DNA of 32,000 nucleotides from Saccharolobus solfataricus (lineage in GTDB: Archaea; Thermoproteota; Thermoprotei_A; Sulfolobales; Sulfolobaceae), in the NCBI RefSeq assembly GCF_900079115.1, contig NZ_LT549890.1:2700001-2732000 (forward strand). The letters are read 5' to 3'. The notes beneath the pieces are model-generated. The model saw only the letters and a list, made by a program, of their open reading frames with translations. It ran no database searches and was not told the origin of the DNA. Position numbers and translations under genes: made by a program. This document shows positions 29,097 through 32,000 of this stretch, in pieces. The first letter of the stretch is position 1. Each line of letters starts with the position of its first letter.

Positions 29097-29825
29097 TTAA
29101 GTTATTTCGAATAAGTGTCCTAGCTCTCTTACTTTAATATTAAGGTTTATTTTATATAGCGTTTCCCATAATGTAGCACTATTGCTACTTATTACTGGCT
29201 TCTTAGTTTCCTTTTCTAATCTAGAGAGAATCTCGAATGTTCTAAGGTTTGTGCAAGAGATAAAGACACCGTCATAGTCCCCTTTAACGTTTCTTAATAC
29301 GTTAACTGCGAAATTATATACTTCTTCAGGTGTTACTTGACCTATTTTAATATTTTCACGTATTCCCATCCCTGCGCTCTTAACTATTTCAAAACCGTTC
29401 TTAGAGAAGAACTCTATCTCCTTTTTGTTAACCTCTTCTATGTAAGGCGTAAGTAGAACTAATCTTTTAATGTCTAGTCTCCTCAATGCATTTATTACAG
29501 ATCCAGAGGTGGCTGTAGCAGGGACTTTCGCAATTTTCTCGATTCTTTGAATTATTTCCTCATGATGTTTAGGTCCTTTAAATAAGCTACCAGTGGTACA
29601 TGCATAAGAAATAATTTGGGGCAAGATCGTTGATAATTCACTAGCAGCCCTTTCCGTTTCCCTTTCCATTTCTGCTAAATCCTCTATCGTAACATTTCTC
29701 AACTTTATCCTTGAAAAATGTGGGGTAATTCTATACTCCTTAATTTGATTAAATACATTACTAAATTCATATTCTACAGTAGTATTAGAAGAAGGAATTA
29801 TTACTCCTACTTTTATCCATTCCAT
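29097..29825 (-). CDS. Asp/Glu/hydantoin racemase superfamily protein, maleate cis-trans isomerase-like
   Basis: 242 aa with VGVIIPSSNTTVEYEF and two catalytic-type cysteines in YACTTGS and ISCTNLRT, the pattern of maleate isomerases. Arylmalonate decarboxylases keep only one. Confidence 0.65.
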   Translation of the reverse strand: MEWIKVGVIIPSSNTTVEYEFSNVFNQIKEYRITPHFSRIKLRNVTIEDLAEMERETERAASELSTILPQIISYACTTGSLFKGPKHHEEIIQRIEKIAKVPATATSGSVINALRRLDIKRLVLLTPYIEEVNKKEIEFFSKNGFEIVKSAGMGIRENIKIGQVTPEEVYNFAVNVLRNVKGDYDGVFISCTNLRTFEILSRLEKETKKPVISSNSATLWETLYKINLNIKVRELGHLFEIT

Positions 29826-29883
29826 ATTAGTCTCTAAATTTGGTGTAATATAAACTTTTTACCTCGGGACTAATAATTTTCGT

Positions 29884-30591
29884 ATGAATTGGAAGATCTT
29901 AGTTAATGGAGTGCCAATCTATACTAGTTTGGGTTTCGTAGGCTTTTGTAATATCGTATTGATGGACATTGACGATAAATATTTGATTTATGACCCGGGG
30001 CACTTTGGAAATAGGGAAGTCTTGTTAAAAGCATTAAAGGACAGTGGATTATCCCCATTAGACATTGATGGGGTTATACTATCACATATGCACTATGATC
30101 ATTCTCTTAACTCACTATTATTTCCGAACGCCAAAGTTTACACTACTAGGGAGGAGGTTGAATACACAAAAAACACTCCAGATAATTATTCAGTTACTTA
30201 CCTACCAGATCTTTTAAGGGAGAGAATAGTTCTAGTAAAGAATAATGAACAACTAGATGGTCTGAAGTTTATTCTATTGCCTGGTCATACAGGTGGAAGT
30301 TTGGGTGTAATGTATAAGGACACCATTTTCGTTGGAGATGCCATTAAATACATTATTGACGCAAAAAATGGTGAAACGTCATTTGCGTATTACGATATTA
30401 CAGAAGCTAATAAGAGCATTAGAAAAGTATTAAAACTTGCCAATAAAGTAGTACCTGGTCATGATGCTCCATTTACTATAGTAAGAGATTCCAATAAGAT
30501 AGAGATCATTCCAGATTCGGATCTGATTAACAAGGAATTTACCGTATACACCAGAAGTGACGAACCTAAAATACTCATTAGAAGAGTCTAA
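29884..30591 (+). CDS. Metallo-beta-lactamase fold hydrolase
   Basis: 235 aa with HMHYDH (HxHxDH), LPGHTGGS and PGHD metal-ligand motifs. It is divergent from the isomerase-like gene. Confidence 0.75.
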   Translation: MNWKILVNGVPIYTSLGFVGFCNIVLMDIDDKYLIYDPGHFGNREVLLKALKDSGLSPLDIDGVILSHMHYDHSLNSLLFPNAKVYTTREEVEYTKNTPDNYSVTYLPDLLRERIVLVKNNEQLDGLKFILLPGHTGGSLGVMYKDTIFVGDAIKYIIDAKNGETSFAYYDITEANKSIRKVLKLANKVVPGHDAPFTIVRDSNKIEIIPDSDLINKEFTVYTRSDEPKILIRRV

Positions 30592-30621
30592 TTCAGTTAA
30601 AACTTTTACAGCAAAATCGAG

Positions 30622-30805
30622 TAGTAGTTTTAGGAAATTCCCTTATCATAAAAAGTCAAAATATTTATCCATGTATTTATAAATATCTTTCATTGTACTT
30701 CTTAATATTATAGCTTATCAATAAGCATTTCTCATCTAACCAGGAAAGATTTATTATATATTTTTAATGTAACGTAAAAGTGTAACGATTTTCCTATAAA
30801 TGCTA
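30622..30805. mobile_element. 184-bp MITE (SM2-type by size), copy B, inverted relative to copy A
   Basis: Perfect 6-bp TSD ATCGAG (30616-30621 and 30806-30811). Confidence 0.9.
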
Positions 30806-31120
30806 ATCGAGTTATAGAAGTTCATGAATAATATTTATTGTTAAGGAGCGATTCGGGTTTGCTTTACGATTTCAATTTATTTCTATAGAATCCTTTAGAA
30901 TAATTGATTCTACATTTCAAAGACTAATAAGGGACAAGCGTGAAGGAATATCGTGTTAATAGTACCAATAGAACAAACCATTATGCTCTCCCTAATATAC
31001 TTCTTAAAGACGCATTATAAAACATATGTACACAATAATTTCTTCATTTAATTACCCTTAATCAGATGAGATATTACCATTTGTAAAGGAAACTTGAATA
31101 TTCTTTAAAATATAAACACA

Positions 31121-31987
31121 CTAACTTGATTTGTAAATCTTTATTGGATTTTCTAATCTACCTATCTTCTCGACTTCAGCTACCATTAGTGCGCTTTCAA
31201 TTGGCTTTAGGTTAAACTCAGAAGCGTCAGAAACGTTAGTATAACCAATGCTTCCAGTAGATATTACACTAAACGGGGGAATTGTAACTATTTTTGATAG
31301 CTCTGATAGTATTTCCTCTATAGAGAATATAAATTCACTTGAATACCCATCTTGTACTAATTCACCATTGTAATAACTTCTCATCCTTAAGGAGTTAACA
31401 TCGCCTATCTCTTCCTCGGTGACAATATAAGGTCCTATTGGAGCAAAGGTATCCCTAACCTTATTCCTAAAATGAGTACCCCTCATTAATAGCTTCTTAA
31501 CATTACCATCTGTAGGATCTCTTCGCATAGCGTAATACGAGTCTTCCTTTAGACCGGGAGGATAAGTTATATCATTAAATACCGTATATCCTAGGATATA
31601 TTTCTTAACATCGCTTCTGCTCACGTCTTTCATTTTGAATCTGGTTATAACTCCAATTTCCACCTCGGGTCTTATGGCATCCGGGGGAGATATAATAGGC
31701 TGTCTATGAGCTATTGCCACAGTGGGGAGTTTTATGAAAAATTTCGGACTTTTCACCATTTCCTTAGCTTCATTTTTGTCATTAACCCCGACCATTTTAG
31801 GCGAATTCACTAATGTGCATATTATTGCTGACGGCTGTATCGGAATATCCACATTTATTTCGTCTAATCTATAGGAATTTCCTCTTTCCTCCTCCTTACC
31901 AATTTCAGAAATCTCATATACATAGTTTCCTTCAACTACGCCTATCTTCCTAAGGTTACCAACGTAAAATGAAACATATCTAACCAT
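31121..31987 (-). CDS. Fumarylacetoacetate hydrolase (FAH) family protein
   Basis: 288 aa with the [29 protein letters not shown] and ISTGS pattern of FAH-fold hydratases/decarboxylases/hydrolases. Confidence 0.75.
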   Translation of the reverse strand: MVRYVSFYVGNLRKIGVVEGNYVYEISEIGKEEERGNSYRLDEINVDIPIQPSAIICTLVNSPKMVGVNDKNEAKEMVKSPKFFIKLPTVAIAHRQPIISPPDAIRPEVEIGVITRFKMKDVSRSDVKKYILGYTVFNDITYPPGLKEDSYYAMRRDPTDGNVKKLLMRGTHFRNKVRDTFAPIGPYIVTEEEIGDVNSLRMRSYYNGELVQDGYSSEFIFSIEEILSELSKIVTIPPFSVISTGSIGYTNVSDASEFNLKPIESALMVAEVEKIGRLENPIKIYKSS

Positions 31988-32000
31988 AGTATAGTCTAAT

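Noticed and set aside
27779-30805. The pair of MITEs acting as a composite transposon that mobilised the enclosed genes.
   Set aside because: Each MITE has its own flanking 6-bp duplication, and the outer flanks (ATTAGA versus ATCGAG) do not match. The two insertions were therefore independent.
1-32000. CRISPR arrays, tRNA or rRNA genes.
   Set aside because: No regularly spaced short direct repeats are present, and all long repeats are explained by IS/MITE copies. I saw no GC-rich cloverleaf-like or rRNA-like segments, but a tRNAscan/Infernal run should confirm this.

Overview
AT-rich crenarchaeal chromosome, very probably Sulfolobus/Saccharolobus solfataricus-like. This rests on leaderless TATA-type promoters, ISC-type insertion sequences and MITEs; no database search was possible. 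There are three parts. (1) 1-9.9 kb is ordinary metabolism: a carotenoid cluster (crtB partial, crtZ, a CrtI-family desaturase) and a divergent assimilatory sulfate-reduction cluster. The minus operon is cysH-sir-cobA. The plus operon is sat, a 101-aa ORF and a TSUP/TauE-like permease. Two further membrane proteins follow. (2) 9.9-22.06 kb is an insertion-sequence nest with at least 9 IS/MITE copies from 7 families, nested up to three deep. Most junctions and target-site duplications (TSDs) resolve to the base. The only non-IS gene here is a 497-aa ORF with a C-terminal PD-(D/E)xK nuclease signature, split cleanly by one IS. (3) 22.1-32 kb is a catabolic/accessory stretch: a hyuB-hyuA operon coupled to a small degenerate Rieske-like protein, an MFS transporter, and two inverted 184-bp MITEs. 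The MITEs bracket a transposase remnant plus a maleate-isomerase-like and an MBL-hydrolase gene; an FAH-family hydrolase follows. I saw no rRNA, tRNA or CRISPR array. I found no clear multi-gene novel system. The best candidates for follow-up are the IS-split nuclease-like orphan, the three-gene hydantoinase/Rieske-like operon and the regulatory features of the sulfate cluster. IS and MITE names come from element length plus my recollection of S. solfataricus nomenclature and need checking against ISfinder.
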